53,339 bases of DNA from assembly GCA_016783565.1 (NCBI GenBank), contig JADHWI010000012.1, positions 1-53,339 on the forward strand, read 5' to 3'. This DNA comes from Kiritimatiellia bacterium. GTDB taxonomy: Bacteria > Verrucomicrobiota > Kiritimatiellia > UBA8416 > JADHWI01. Numbering within the stretch: the stretch's first letter is position 1; each line of letters starts with the position of its first letter. A model generated the notes under the pieces. It saw nothing but the letters and a program-made list of their open reading frames with translations, was not told the DNA's origin and made no database searches. Positions 38,768-48,858 of the stretch are shown in pieces. The position numbers and the translations under genes were made by a program.

Positions 38768-39574
38768 CTACTTCCACCACTCCTGCAAATGAGGGTACTG
38801 CGTCTTAAAGCCCAGGAGGGCAAGGTACAACCCATGATTCGGGTAATGCTTCTGAAGATCCTGTAAATTCTCTACGGGATCATAAGGCGTGTCTTCAGGA
38901 ATCTCATAGCCTACACACTCGGAAAGCAGATGAAGCTTCTTAGACATCCAGGCATCTATGACGACCGGCACCTTGAACTCCTCGAGTTTCACGACACGCT
39001 CGTCCAGCCCCAGCACCGGCTGGGTAATAATATAGGAAGCACCTGCCTCAAGTTTACGTTCCATCTTCTCCAGCTCATGATCCTGTGGTTCGTAAGGATT
39101 GAACGCTACACCCAAATCAAAAACATCCGGGTACTTACGGTTAATATAACGCATCAGCTCTACCGACGTGACCGCATTCTTACCTTCACCAATATGTTCG
39201 GGTTGCAATTTAGGCATCCGCTCATTGCCGTCGCCTGAAATGGCCAGAATGTACTTAATCCCCAACTCCTGTGCCGTATCAAGAATCTCATGCAAATGTT
39301 CAAGCGTATGAAATGTGTTTAAATGGATACACACCTGCTCAGGCTTAACGGGTAGCTCCAGCTCAGCGATCATCTCCGTGGCCTGAAAGCTCAACAAGCC
39401 CATCGGATTATCCGTGATACACGCTACATATCCTGCATCCATCACTTTCATGTATTTATCAGCAAACCGCTCAAGATCCACATCCAGATTCTTGCTGTTC
39501 TGCTTCGGGGTCAGAATCTCAACATGAAACGTCTTATTATCAATGTGGTGCTGCACACTAAGCTCCTTCTTCAA
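38768..39574 (-). CDS. Methylenetetrahydrofolate reductase (MetF)-family TIM-barrel protein
   Basis: By-eye alignment to MetF: FHVEILTP ~ SFEFFPP, YVACITDNPMG ~ FVSVTYGANSG, ILAISGDGN ~ IVALRGDLP, ITQPV ~ ITQFF. 268 aa, slightly shorter than E. coli MetF. Confidence 0.5.
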   Translation of the reverse strand: MKKELSVQHHIDNKTFHVEILTPKQNSKNLDVDLERFADKYMKVMDAGYVACITDNPMGLLSFQATEMIAELELPVKPEQVCIHLNTFHTLEHLHEILDTAQELGIKYILAISGDGNERMPKLQPEHIGEGKNAVTSVELMRYINRKYPDVFDLGVAFNPYEPQDHELEKMERKLEAGASYIITQPVLGLDERVVKLEEFKVPVVIDAWMSKKLHLLSECVGYEIPEDTPYDPVENLQDLQKHYPNHGLYLALLGFKTQYPHLQEWWK

Positions 39575-39659
39575 TTCATTAATCTGATACGCATCCTGCC
39601 AGATAAAACAAACATCGACTTGTATAATCCAGCAAGCTCGTTGTACGATTCAGCACAAA

Positions 39660-40940
39660 ATGAAAAAAAACCAAGACATCCAAAGCGCGAATCAAAAAAA
39701 GCGGATAAAAACACTGCTACGTGATTCCGTAGCTGTCACAGGGACTGGCGTCCTATACCAGGGATTGCATGACAATGCGCTTCTCATCGAAGCGCCTCTA
39801 TGCGACTTCTGTCGTTTCTGTCTGGATCACCCCAAAACAGCTTCACTTTGTCGATACGCCTGCAAACGCGCTACCATGGAATCGCTGTCCTCTGGCGACG
39901 CACATTATCAGAGGTGCTGGGCTGGGCTGCTTTTTACCACGATAGCGATTGCTCCCGATAATGCCTGTTGCGGAGGAATATCTCTCGGTGGCTTCAGAGG
40001 CATGGACGAACAACAAGACATTCAAGATACCGTACAACAGGCCATCGCGAACATTTCAGAACGCGAACGCACACAATTCATGTCGCGGCTTTCCTCGATT
40101 AAGGAGGTCTCGCCCAGTGCACTACGCGGTCTGGGACATTTTCTTCTGGAAGCGAGCATCAGCTCCGGAATGAACTCTGAACGTTTTTTTCGACGGCAAA
40201 ACGAGAAATACCGCCAGCAGCGAAGCATTGCAGAAGCTTTCGAAGACATGCGCAAAACGGATGTCCTTCCGGCAGACATCCTTCAAGACACACACGACCT
40301 TATCACCTTTCTTTACACCCGGGACAGAGACAGCGTCATGCGGTTCGTGTCCACCTACCTGGCTCGCCTACTCATGGCCAGCAACTGGGATCTGACGAAG
40401 CTCAAAGCGCATGCGCGGCTACTACTGGCGGCTTTGAGCAGTCGCGAAATACTACAGGGTGCCGACTGGCCCAAGGTTCTGGGGCGCGAATCACGACGAT
40501 TCGCCCACGTGGAACGCGCCACCTCCACAGAAGACTGCTGCTACCAATTATCGCGCGTCATCCTCGCCCACCTCGATGGTGAAGACGAATCCCCGGAGTC
40601 CTCTCTAAGCACCGTTCAACGCATACGCAACTGGATTACGCTTCACTATTCAGAACCCGTCACGCTAGAGGACATTGCTCGCGGAATCGGCGCCAGCCCC
40701 TCCACCGTCGTGCATCGCGTCAAAGCAGAAACCGGCAAAACCACAGGTGAACTGCTGCGCGATATCCGCATTACGGAAGCCAAGCGCCTGCTTGCATCGA
40801 CCCAAACACCGCTCAGCAGCATCGCTGACATGTGCGGTTTCTGCGACCAAAGTCACCTCACCCGAACGTTTAAAACCTGCGTCAACCTCACGCCTGGTCA
40901 ATTTCGACGCCTGATGAATTTCGGAAAAGATGACATATAA
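39660..40940 (+). CDS. AraC-family transcriptional regulator with an N-terminal PocR-like sensory domain
   Basis: C-terminal AraC HTH pair (LEDIARGIGASPSTVVHRVK...SIADMCGFCDQSHLTRTFK...GQFRR). Cys-containing PocR-like N-terminus. Divergent from the MetF-like gene. Confidence 0.78.
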   Translation: MKKNQDIQSANQKKRIKTLLRDSVAVTGTGVLYQGLHDNALLIEAPLCDFCRFCLDHPKTASLCRYACKRATMESLSSGDAHYQRCWAGLLFTTIAIAPDNACCGGISLGGFRGMDEQQDIQDTVQQAIANISERERTQFMSRLSSIKEVSPSALRGLGHFLLEASISSGMNSERFFRRQNEKYRQQRSIAEAFEDMRKTDVLPADILQDTHDLITFLYTRDRDSVMRFVSTYLARLLMASNWDLTKLKAHARLLLAALSSREILQGADWPKVLGRESRRFAHVERATSTEDCCYQLSRVILAHLDGEDESPESSLSTVQRIRNWITLHYSEPVTLEDIARGIGASPSTVVHRVKAETGKTTGELLRDIRITEAKRLLASTQTPLSSIADMCGFCDQSHLTRTFKTCVNLTPGQFRRLMNFGKDDI

Positions 40941-41052
40941 GCGCCATGAAATAGTGAAATAAACAAAAGAAACAATCACTGGCGTCTTGCATGAGGTAGG
41001 TCAGGACGGATACAGTGCCGCCTTTTGAGAACAGAAAGAGAAGAGGAACAGC

Positions 41053-42174
41053 ATGTTCAAAATAGCCATTATTGGTGGAGATGGAACCGGCCCGGAGGTC
41101 GTCAAAGAAGGTCTCAAGACCATCACGGCCGCTTCGGAGGCGACCGGACTCCAATTTTGCACCGAAACATTCGACGTCAGCGGATCCCGGTACCTGGCCA
41201 ATGGTGGCGATCCAACCGCAGCCAGCATTCCAGTCATCACAGATGAAGAAATCGACGCCCTGCGTGCATTCGACGCCATTTATCTGGGTGCAGTGGGGCA
41301 TCCTGACATCGCGCCCGGAATCCTCGAGCAGGGACTCCTGTTAAAGCTTCGTTTTCGGCTCGATCAATACATCAACCTGCGCCCCGTCAAGCTCCTTGAA
41401 GGTGTCCACACACCGCTGGCAGACAAAAAGCCGCACAATATCGACTTTATTGTCATACGCGAGAACACAGAGGACCTTTACTGTGGAAAAGGCGGTGTCA
41501 TGCGGCAGGGAACCGATCACGAGATCTCCACGCAAAGCATGGTTGCCACACGATTCGGTGTTGAGCGCTGCCTGCGTTACGCATTCGATGTAACCCGTCG
41601 ACGCAAAACCGAAGGCTACCCTGGACGCTTGACCCTGGTCCACAAGACCAACGTCCTGACGCATTGCGGCGGCACCTGGTATCGCGCCTTCAACGAGATC
41701 GGCGAGGCGGACTACCCCGACATTGAGCGCGACTACAATCACGTTGACGCCTGCTGCATGTATATGGCCACACGCCCCGAAATGTATGACACCATCGTCG
41801 TGCCAAACATGTTCGGTGATATCATTACCGACCTTGGCGCCGCCATTGCCGGCGGCATGGGCATGGCGGCCAGCGGCAACCTCAACCCGGATTCGACCGC
41901 CAACAGCGTCAGCATGTATGAGCCTGTGCACGGTAGCGCACCGGATATTGCAGGCCAGAATAAAGCCAATCCCATGGCAGCAATTCTCTCGGCCGCCATG
42001 ATGCTGACAGAAACCGGACGCATTCTCGGTGACAAAACATCCATTGATGCCGGGAAAAAAATCGAATCAGCAGTCATTCAAACATGCCCCCGCTTTGCTG
42101 GTCAACGCATGGACCGCTTATCGGCTTCCACAAGCGAAATCGGAGACCTGATTGCGGGAAAAATAGCCGAATAG
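41053..42174 (+). CDS. 3-isopropylmalate/tartrate dehydrogenase family (isocitrate/isopropylmalate dehydrogenase superfamily) enzyme
   Basis: MFKIAIIGGDGTGPEV N-terminus and the family signature NMFGDIITDLGAAIAGGMGMAASGNL. 373 aa. LeuB versus tartrate/D-malate dehydrogenase cannot be resolved by eye. Confidence 0.8.
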   Translation: MFKIAIIGGDGTGPEVVKEGLKTITAASEATGLQFCTETFDVSGSRYLANGGDPTAASIPVITDEEIDALRAFDAIYLGAVGHPDIAPGILEQGLLLKLRFRLDQYINLRPVKLLEGVHTPLADKKPHNIDFIVIRENTEDLYCGKGGVMRQGTDHEISTQSMVATRFGVERCLRYAFDVTRRRKTEGYPGRLTLVHKTNVLTHCGGTWYRAFNEIGEADYPDIERDYNHVDACCMYMATRPEMYDTIVVPNMFGDIITDLGAAIAGGMGMAASGNLNPDSTANSVSMYEPVHGSAPDIAGQNKANPMAAILSAAMMLTETGRILGDKTSIDAGKKIESAVIQTCPRFAGQRMDRLSASTSEIGDLIAGKIAE

Positions 42175-42329
42175 ACGACATCCACAGCAAAAACCACATT
42201 TTCCCGTAAATGCTATATTGACCTGACCTGCCCGTCGGGGTAATCTTTGCTGCTCAATTTGCGGGTGAACTGTGCCTTCATCCTGAAACAAATCATCCCG
42301 CCAATGCGGGATTATAAAAGGAAAAAACA

Positions 42330-43280
42330 ATGATCGTATCCACAAAAGAGCTGTTCGAACACGCCTATGGTAAGTACGCAGTGGGCGCCTACAACATCAA
42401 CAACGCCGAACAAATCATGGGGCTGTTCCGCGGCAACATGGATAGCAAAGCTCCTTTCATTGTGCAGCTATCCAAGGGTGCACGGGGCTATACGGACAAA
42501 GTCCTCCTCGAAGCCATGATCCGCGCCGCAGACGAGATTTTCCCGGACGCCATCTTCGCGGTCCATCTGGATCACGGCGATGAGGATACCTGCATGGACT
42601 GCATCAACAGCGGCTTCTACAGCTCTGTCATGATTGACGCCAGTCACGCTGAATTTGATGAGAACATTGCCATCACAAAGCGCGTTGTTGACGCTGCGCA
42701 CGCCAAAGGCATCTCAGTTGAAGCCGAACTCGGCAAACTTGGCGGCGTGGAAGAACACGTTTCCGTAGACGAAGCCGACGCCAAGCTTACCGACCCGAAA
42801 GAGGTCCAGGAATTTGTCGAACGCAGCGGTTGCGACAGCCTCGCCTGCGCCATCGGAACCAGCCACGGCGCCTATAAATTCACCGGTGGACAGGGTCTGC
42901 ATTTTGAAGTCATTGAAGATATCGCCAAACTGCTGCCTGGCTTCCCAATGGTCATGCACGGCTCCAGCTCCGTGCCGCAGGACGAAGTCGAGCGCATTAA
43001 CGCAGCCGGCGGAGCACTCAAAGGCGCCAAGGGTGTCGACGAAGCCCAGATCACAAAAGCGTCCACAATGGGCGTCACGAAAGTCAACATTGACACAGAC
43101 GGTCGGTTGGTCTGGTGCCGCGTACACCGCGAGTGCTTCCGTGACGAGCCCGAAGTTTTCGACCTGCGTCCCGCCGGCAAAGTCTTTATGGCGGAATATG
43201 CCAAGTACATCGCGCACAAGAACGAAGTACTCGGCAGTGCAGGCCAGTTGGATTCCGTACGTGCTTCGCTTCAAGGCTAA
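42330..43280 (+). CDS. fba: Fructose-bisphosphate aldolase, class II
   Basis: 316 aa. Class II FBA blocks (PFIVQLSKGA, AVHLDHGDED, AIGTSHGAYKF, MHGSSSVPQ). Confidence 0.9.
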   Translation: MIVSTKELFEHAYGKYAVGAYNINNAEQIMGLFRGNMDSKAPFIVQLSKGARGYTDKVLLEAMIRAADEIFPDAIFAVHLDHGDEDTCMDCINSGFYSSVMIDASHAEFDENIAITKRVVDAAHAKGISVEAELGKLGGVEEHVSVDEADAKLTDPKEVQEFVERSGCDSLACAIGTSHGAYKFTGGQGLHFEVIEDIAKLLPGFPMVMHGSSSVPQDEVERINAAGGALKGAKGVDEAQITKASTMGVTKVNIDTDGRLVWCRVHRECFRDEPEVFDLRPAGKVFMAEYAKYIAHKNEVLGSAGQLDSVRASLQG

Positions 43281-43323
43281 ACCCACGCAAGCAATAACGG
43301 ACGTTATCGTATAAAGAGACATA

Positions 43324-43357
43324 CCGCGACCGGCCCCACACGGGACCGGCCGCGGTT
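43324..43357 (+). terminator. GC-rich hairpin after fba (CCGCGACCGGCCCC-ACAC-GGGACCGGCCGCGG) followed by TTTAAAT
   Basis: About a 12/14-bp stem seen in the sequence, 44 nt downstream of the fba stop. A short T-run follows. Confidence 0.45.
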
Positions 43358-43421
43358 TAAATGTGATTAAGAACTAAACAACAAAACGCCAAATAACATC
43401 ATCCCGTTGAGGAGAGCACAA

Positions 43422-46400
43422 ATGCCCGAGAAGAACATGGTTATGGTCGACGGCAACACAGCGGCTGGATCAGTCGCTCACGCGGTCAGCGAAGTCTGCG
43501 CAATTTACCCGATCACCCCGTCCTCACCCATGGGTGAGACCGCCGACGAACTCAGTGCGGCAGGCGTAGCCAATCTCTGGGGCACAATCCCGGACGTGGT
43601 CGAAATGCAATCCGAAGGCGGCGCCAGCGGTGCTGTTCACGGTTCGTTGACCTCCGGAGCCCTGGTCACAACATTTACGGCCTCGCAGGGCCTGCTGCTG
43701 ATGATTCCCAACATGTATAAGATCGCCGGCGAGCTCACCAGCACGGTCTTTCATGTCTCCGCCCGCTCACTGGCTTGCCAGGGTCTATCCATTTTCGGCG
43801 ACCATTCTGACGTCATGTCCGTGCGCCAGACCGGATTTGCCATGCTGGGTGCATCCAGCGTTCAGGAAGTCAATGACATGGCGCTGATTTCGCACGCGGC
43901 TACACTGAAATCGCGCATCCCATTCCTGCATTTCTTTGACGGCTTCCGCACCTCACACGAAGTGCAGAAGATTGACCAGTCCACCCGCGATACCATCCGC
44001 GCCATGATTGATGACGAGCTGGTGATAGAACACCGCAAGCGCGGCATGACACCCGACCGCCCCATCATCCGAGGCACAGCCCAGAATCCGGACGTGTACT
44101 TCCAGGGCCGCGAAACGGTCAACAAGTACTATAACGCCACGCCGGCCATCGTTCAGGAGTACATGGACCGGTTCGCAGAGCTCACCGGCCGCCAGTATCA
44201 TCTCTTTGACTACATCGGCGCTCCGGATGCAGAAAAAGTCATCGTCATCATGGGGTCCGGCGCTGAAACCGTGCACGAAACCGCATCCTATCTCGCAAAC
44301 CAGGGCGAAAAGGTCGGTCTTCTGATCGTGCGCCTGTACCGTCCTTTCGATCTCAAGGGATTCGTGGGTGCCCTCCCCGCCACGGTCAAATCTATCGCCG
44401 TGCTGGACCGCACGAAAGAGCCGGGCGCCACGGGTGAACCGCTCTACATCGACGTGCGCACCGCGATTGGCGAAGCGATGGGCGAGGGTCTCTACAAATC
44501 AGACCGCTACCCGGTCATCGTCGGCGGTCGCTATGGCCTTGGCTCCAAGGAGTTTACGCCTGCCATGGTCAAGGCTGTATACGACAACCTGGATGCTGAC
44601 AAGCCGAAGAATCATTTCGTAGTGGGCATCAACGACGATGTGACCCACAGTCATCTCGACGTGGACCACTCCTGGACCATGGAAAGCGAACAGCGCGTGG
44701 AATGCATGTTCTACGGACTGGGCTCGGACGGTACCGTCGGCGCCAACAAGAACTCGATCAAGATTATCGGCAGCGACACAGAGAACTATGCGCAGGGCTA
44801 CTTCGTATACGATTCGAAGAAGGCCGGTGCGATGACCGTATCACATCTGCGCTTCGGGCCCGACCTGATCCGCAGCCCGTACCTCTGTACACAGCCGAAC
44901 TTCATCGCATGCCATAACTTCTCCTTCTGCGAAAAGTACGACATGCTCTCCAAGGCCAAAGATGGCGCGGTCTTCCTGCTTGCCAGTCCGTTCAGCGCAG
45001 ACGAAGTCTGGAACCACCTCCCTGACGAGATGGAGCAGCAGGTCATCGACAAGAAGATTCGCTTCTTTGTGATTGATGCCATGGCTCTGGCCCATGACCT
45101 GGGTCTCGGCGCACGCATCAACACTATCATGCAGACCTGCTTCTTCCAGATCTCGGGCGTGCTGCCTTCCGACAAAGCCATTGAGTCGCTGAAGAAAGCC
45201 ATCAAGAAATCATACAGCCGCAAGGGCGAAGAAATCGTAAAGATGAACTACCGCGCTGTGGATGGTGCTGTGGATTCGCTGCACGAAGTACAGGTCCCGG
45301 ACAGCCCGGCAGGCAAACTGAAGATGCGCCCGGTCGTGGCCGCCGATGCACCCGAATTCGTTCAGGATGTAACCAGCAAGATTATGAGCTTCCAGGGCGA
45401 CGATCTGCCTGTGAGCGCCATGCCTTGTGACGGCACATGGCCCACCGGGACGACCTGCTATGAGAAGCGCAACATTGCGGTAGAAATTCCGGAATGGGAC
45501 GAAACAATGTGCATCCAGTGCGGTCAGTGCTCACTGGTCTGCCCACATGCAGCCATCCGGACCAAGGCCTTCACAGAGGACGCGCTGGAAGGCGCTCCTG
45601 AGACGTTCAAATCAGCCGGCGGAAAAGGCAAAGCATTTGCCGAGCTGAAATACACGGTACAGGTCGCACCGGAAGATTGCACCGGCTGCGCGCTTTGCGT
45701 ACAGAACTGTCCGGCAAAGGAGAAGGATCCGGAAACCAAGGAGCCCACGGGCCGCCATGCGATCAACATGGTCGACCAGATCCCGCTGCGAGAAAGCGAA
45801 GCAAAGAACTTCGAATTCTTCCTCAACATTCCGGAAACAGATCCCAGCCTGTTCAACCGTGCAACGGTTAAAGGCAGCCAGCTCTGCCCTGCCCTGTTTG
45901 AATTCTCAGGTGCCTGCTCCGGTTGCGGCGAAACCGCATACGTCAAACTGCTTTCACAGCTCTTCGGCGACCGGGCCTACATCGCCAACGCCACGGGCTG
46001 TTCGTCCATTTACGGCGGCAACCTGCCAACCACACCGTATACCACGCGTGCGGATGGACGCGGACCCACATGGTCCAATTCCCTGTTCGAAGACAATGCC
46101 GAGTTCGGCATGGGCATGCGTATGACCGTGGATAAGTTCAACACCTTTGCGCTTGAGCTGATACAACGCATCAAAGATGGCGAATGCGATTGCGGCAAGG
46201 ACCTGGCAACGCTGATTGACGAGATCCGCGACGCTGACCAGTCCACACAGGAAGGCATCGAAGCGCAACGCGAACGCGTCAGTAAGCTTACTGCGGCTAT
46301 TGCCGATTGCGATGAGTCGATCTGCAAGCAGCTCGCATCCGTGGCCGATTACCTCGTTAAGAAATCAGTCTGGGTACTGGGCGGCGATGGCTGGGCCTAC

Positions 46401-47015
46401 GACATCGGCTACGGCGGACTGGACCATGTACTGGCCTCCGGCCGCAACATCAACGTCCTTGTCGTGGACACCGAGGTGTACTCCAACACCGGTGGCCAGG
46501 CATCGAAAGCCACGCCGATGGGTGCTGTCGCCAAGTTCGCAGCAGCAGGCAAGCCCGCAATGAAGAAGGATCTGGGCATGATCTCCATGACCTACGGTGA
46601 CATTTATGTCGCACAGGTGGCCATGGGATCCAACCCCAACCAGGTCGTCAAAGCCTTTGCTGAAGCCGAGGCATACGACGGGCCGTCTCTGATCATTGCC
46701 TACTCGCACTGCATCGCTCAGGGGATCAACATGGAACAGGGCCTGGTGCATCAGAAAGAGGCCGTATTGTCCGGCCACTTCCCGCTGTACCGTTACAACC
46801 CGGAGCTGTCGAAAGAAGGCAAGAATCCATTGCAACTTGACAGCAAAGCACCCACAATGACATTTAGTGAACATGCCCTTAAGGAGAATCGTTTCCGTAT
46901 TCTCACAAAGAGCAAGCCGGACAATGCGAAAATGCTACTGGCGAAAGCAGACAAGCTTGTTGCTGCAAAGTTCGATCTTCTGCAGAAGCTGGCGGAAATG
47001 GACCCCTGCTCATAA
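43422..47015 (+). CDS. nifJ: Pyruvate:ferredoxin (flavodoxin) oxidoreductase, single-polypeptide NifJ/PFOR type
   Basis: About 1198 aa. PFOR domain order is intact, with two ferredoxin-type CxxCxxCxxxCP motifs (CIQCGQCSLVCP, CTGCALCVQNCP) and a TPP-binding domain (GGDGWAYDIG). Start set at MPEKN after a GAGGAG RBS. The ORF track starts at 43407. Confidence 0.95.
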   Translation: MPEKNMVMVDGNTAAGSVAHAVSEVCAIYPITPSSPMGETADELSAAGVANLWGTIPDVVEMQSEGGASGAVHGSLTSGALVTTFTASQGLLLMIPNMYKIAGELTSTVFHVSARSLACQGLSIFGDHSDVMSVRQTGFAMLGASSVQEVNDMALISHAATLKSRIPFLHFFDGFRTSHEVQKIDQSTRDTIRAMIDDELVIEHRKRGMTPDRPIIRGTAQNPDVYFQGRETVNKYYNATPAIVQEYMDRFAELTGRQYHLFDYIGAPDAEKVIVIMGSGAETVHETASYLANQGEKVGLLIVRLYRPFDLKGFVGALPATVKSIAVLDRTKEPGATGEPLYIDVRTAIGEAMGEGLYKSDRYPVIVGGRYGLGSKEFTPAMVKAVYDNLDADKPKNHFVVGINDDVTHSHLDVDHSWTMESEQRVECMFYGLGSDGTVGANKNSIKIIGSDTENYAQGYFVYDSKKAGAMTVSHLRFGPDLIRSPYLCTQPNFIACHNFSFCEKYDMLSKAKDGAVFLLASPFSADEVWNHLPDEMEQQVIDKKIRFFVIDAMALAHDLGLGARINTIMQTCFFQISGVLPSDKAIESLKKAIKKSYSRKGEEIVKMNYRAVDGAVDSLHEVQVPDSPAGKLKMRPVVAADAPEFVQDVTSKIMSFQGDDLPVSAMPCDGTWPTGTTCYEKRNIAVEIPEWDETMCIQCGQCSLVCPHAAIRTKAFTEDALEGAPETFKSAGGKGKAFAELKYTVQVAPEDCTGCALCVQNCPAKEKDPETKEPTGRHAINMVDQIPLRESEAKNFEFFLNIPETDPSLFNRATVKGSQLCPALFEFSGACSGCGETAYVKLLSQLFGDRAYIANATGCSSIYGGNLPTTPYTTRADGRGPTWSNSLFEDNAEFGMGMRMTVDKFNTFALELIQRIKDGECDCGKDLATLIDEIRDADQSTQEGIEAQRERVSKLTAAIADCDESICKQLASVADYLVKKSVWVLGGDGWAYDIGYGGLDHVLASGRNINVLVVDTEVYSNTGGQASKATPMGAVAKFAAAGKPAMKKDLGMISMTYGDIYVAQVAMGSNPNQVVKAFAEAEAYDGPSLIIAYSHCIAQGINMEQGLVHQKEAVLSGHFPLYRYNPELSKEGKNPLQLDSKAPTMTFSEHALKENRFRILTKSKPDNAKMLLAKADKLVAAKFDLLQKLAEMDPCS

Positions 47016-47099
47016 TCATTGATGGCGGGGGGCAGCCGGTATATGAATACCGGCTGTGAGTCGTGGTGTGAGTTTAACACTGCAGGAGGGAGGCCCCGA

Positions 47100-48113
47100 A
47101 TGACGAAGCAGACACTGGGTGGTTGGCTGGTTCACGTGATGCGTGAATCTGATGGTGCATTGTCGCTGGAAGAATCACTTCATGCCATTATGGAGAGCAT
47201 GAAAATCTACTTCCCGTGCCAGAGCGTTGCAGTCATTACAATTGACGACACCACAGGTGAATTGAGGATCAAGACCTCACGTCAAATCAGCTATACCTTC
47301 GTGAAGAAGTTTCACCGTGACGGCCCCAGCCCCATGGCAGAAAGAGTCGTGCTTGAGCAAAGCCCGATGCTACTGCAGGAACTGGCGCCGGACTCCGAAC
47401 AATATAACGAAATTAAGCTGGAGCACGACTTTGCCTCAGCAGTACTCGCACCCGTGGTTCGGAATCAACGCGGTGTTGGCTATATCTTCTGCGATCGAAC
47501 CGCAGAAGACGAAGCGTTTAATGATTCAGACCTGCTGCACCTCCAGGTGATAGGCTACCTGATTGGAAATCTGATCGAGAAGTTTGAACTGGTCAAGGAA
47601 AGCAAAAAACTCTCGCAACTGGATGACGCTACAGGCGTTTTGCAATACAAAGCATTTATTCCATCTCTGGGGGTTGAGTTTGAACGGGCGCGTAAACATG
47701 ACTACCCTGTCGTGCTGAGTTTGATCGCTGTGGACGCGTTCCGCAAGTATATCGAGACTTATGGCATTGATCAGGCCCACGACCTGCTCAAGGAAGTAGC
47801 CGATGTCGCACGCGAGCAGATCTCCGAAGTGGACGTTATTGCACGATTTGGCGCTGATGAATTTGTGCTATGCCTTTCAGGAGAGGACAACAATGCCGCC
47901 GCAACGAAACTGCAGAGCATACGCAGCAGTGTGCAAGAACATGTGGTCGGACAGGGTGATTTTTCGATAGATGTTACGATTGGCGCTCTGCAATTAGCAG
48001 GAGATCGGGATCTGCGACGCAGCCTTCAAGATATTCTCAGTGCTCTGGGCAAAAGCCTGGTGGAAGCAAAAAGTGACAGGTCTGGGCAGGTAATCGTTGC
48101 CCACCTTGAATAA
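47100..48113 (+). CDS. GAF-domain plus GGDEF-domain protein (diguanylate cyclase-like) whose active-site motif reads GADEF
   Basis: N-terminal GAF-like region. C-terminal GGDEF domain (DDATGVLQYKAF...RFGADEFVLCL). Start set at the ATG after the GGAGGGAGG RBS. The ORF track begins at 47019. Confidence 0.72.
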   Translation: MTKQTLGGWLVHVMRESDGALSLEESLHAIMESMKIYFPCQSVAVITIDDTTGELRIKTSRQISYTFVKKFHRDGPSPMAERVVLEQSPMLLQELAPDSEQYNEIKLEHDFASAVLAPVVRNQRGVGYIFCDRTAEDEAFNDSDLLHLQVIGYLIGNLIEKFELVKESKKLSQLDDATGVLQYKAFIPSLGVEFERARKHDYPVVLSLIAVDAFRKYIETYGIDQAHDLLKEVADVAREQISEVDVIARFGADEFVLCLSGEDNNAAATKLQSIRSSVQEHVVGQGDFSIDVTIGALQLAGDRDLRRSLQDILSALGKSLVEAKSDRSGQVIVAHLE

Positions 48114-48186
48114 AGAGTAGAACAGTGGGTAACAGGTGCGTGCTACCAGTCCTGACAAACCCTATTAATAGACAGGAACAAGAACC

Positions 48187-48795
48187 ATGGCGGAAAACTT
48201 GCAGAACCTGCTGGATCGCATTCAGAAAGAAGGCGTTCAAACAGCGGAGCAAAAGGCCGATCAGATCATTAAGGATGCAGAGGCGAAAGCCCAAAGCATC
48301 CTGCACGATGCAAAGGAACAAGCCAAAAAAGACGCAGCAAAAGCGGAGACAGAAGCCAAAAGCTTTGAAGCCCACGCAAAACAGTCGATCCAACAGGCTG
48401 CTCGCGATGTCATACTCAGCGTTCAGCAACAGATTGACAAAACACTGCAAAGTATTGTGCAACAGAAAGTGTCTGAAGCACTCAGTGCCGATGGCTTAAA
48501 GGATATTGTCCTGAAAGTCACGGAAGCCTATGCAAAAGGGCTTCCTGAGGAAGCACGCATTGAGGTCCTGCTATCGGAAGACGAACGCCGAGAAATTGGC
48601 GATGCACTTGTGGCCGAATTCGGACAATCCGCACAGGCCGGTCTGACAGTGTCTGCAAGCGACACCGTACTATCCGGGTTTAACGTGTCGGTAGTCGACG
48701 GCAACGTACAACACGACTTTAGTGGCGAGGCCGTGACAGAAGCTCTCTGCGCCCTTCTCCGTCCACGACTTGCAGAACTCATTCGGGAGCTGTGA
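48187..48795 (+). CDS. atpE: V-type ATP synthase subunit E
   Basis: 202 aa. Lys/Ala/Glu-rich elongated helical protein at the start of a V-ATPase operon. Sequence character matches NtpE/AtpE. Confidence 0.68.
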   Translation: MAENLQNLLDRIQKEGVQTAEQKADQIIKDAEAKAQSILHDAKEQAKKDAAKAETEAKSFEAHAKQSIQQAARDVILSVQQQIDKTLQSIVQQKVSEALSADGLKDIVLKVTEAYAKGLPEEARIEVLLSEDERREIGDALVAEFGQSAQAGLTVSASDTVLSGFNVSVVDGNVQHDFSGEAVTEALCALLRPRLAELIREL

Positions 48796-48858
48796 TTTAA
48801 AGCATCAGATTCTCCTAACAAATGACCCGCCACTCGTTGAGTGTAAGCAGGATTTGGC

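Noticed and set aside
42175-42329. Hairpin ATCCCGC-CAAT-GCGGGAT just upstream of fba as a riboswitch or terminator
   Set aside because: It has only a 7-bp stem and no U-tract. It sits about 15 nt before the RBS and could be a minor regulatory or terminator element for the upstream gene. That is insufficient evidence for a specific call.
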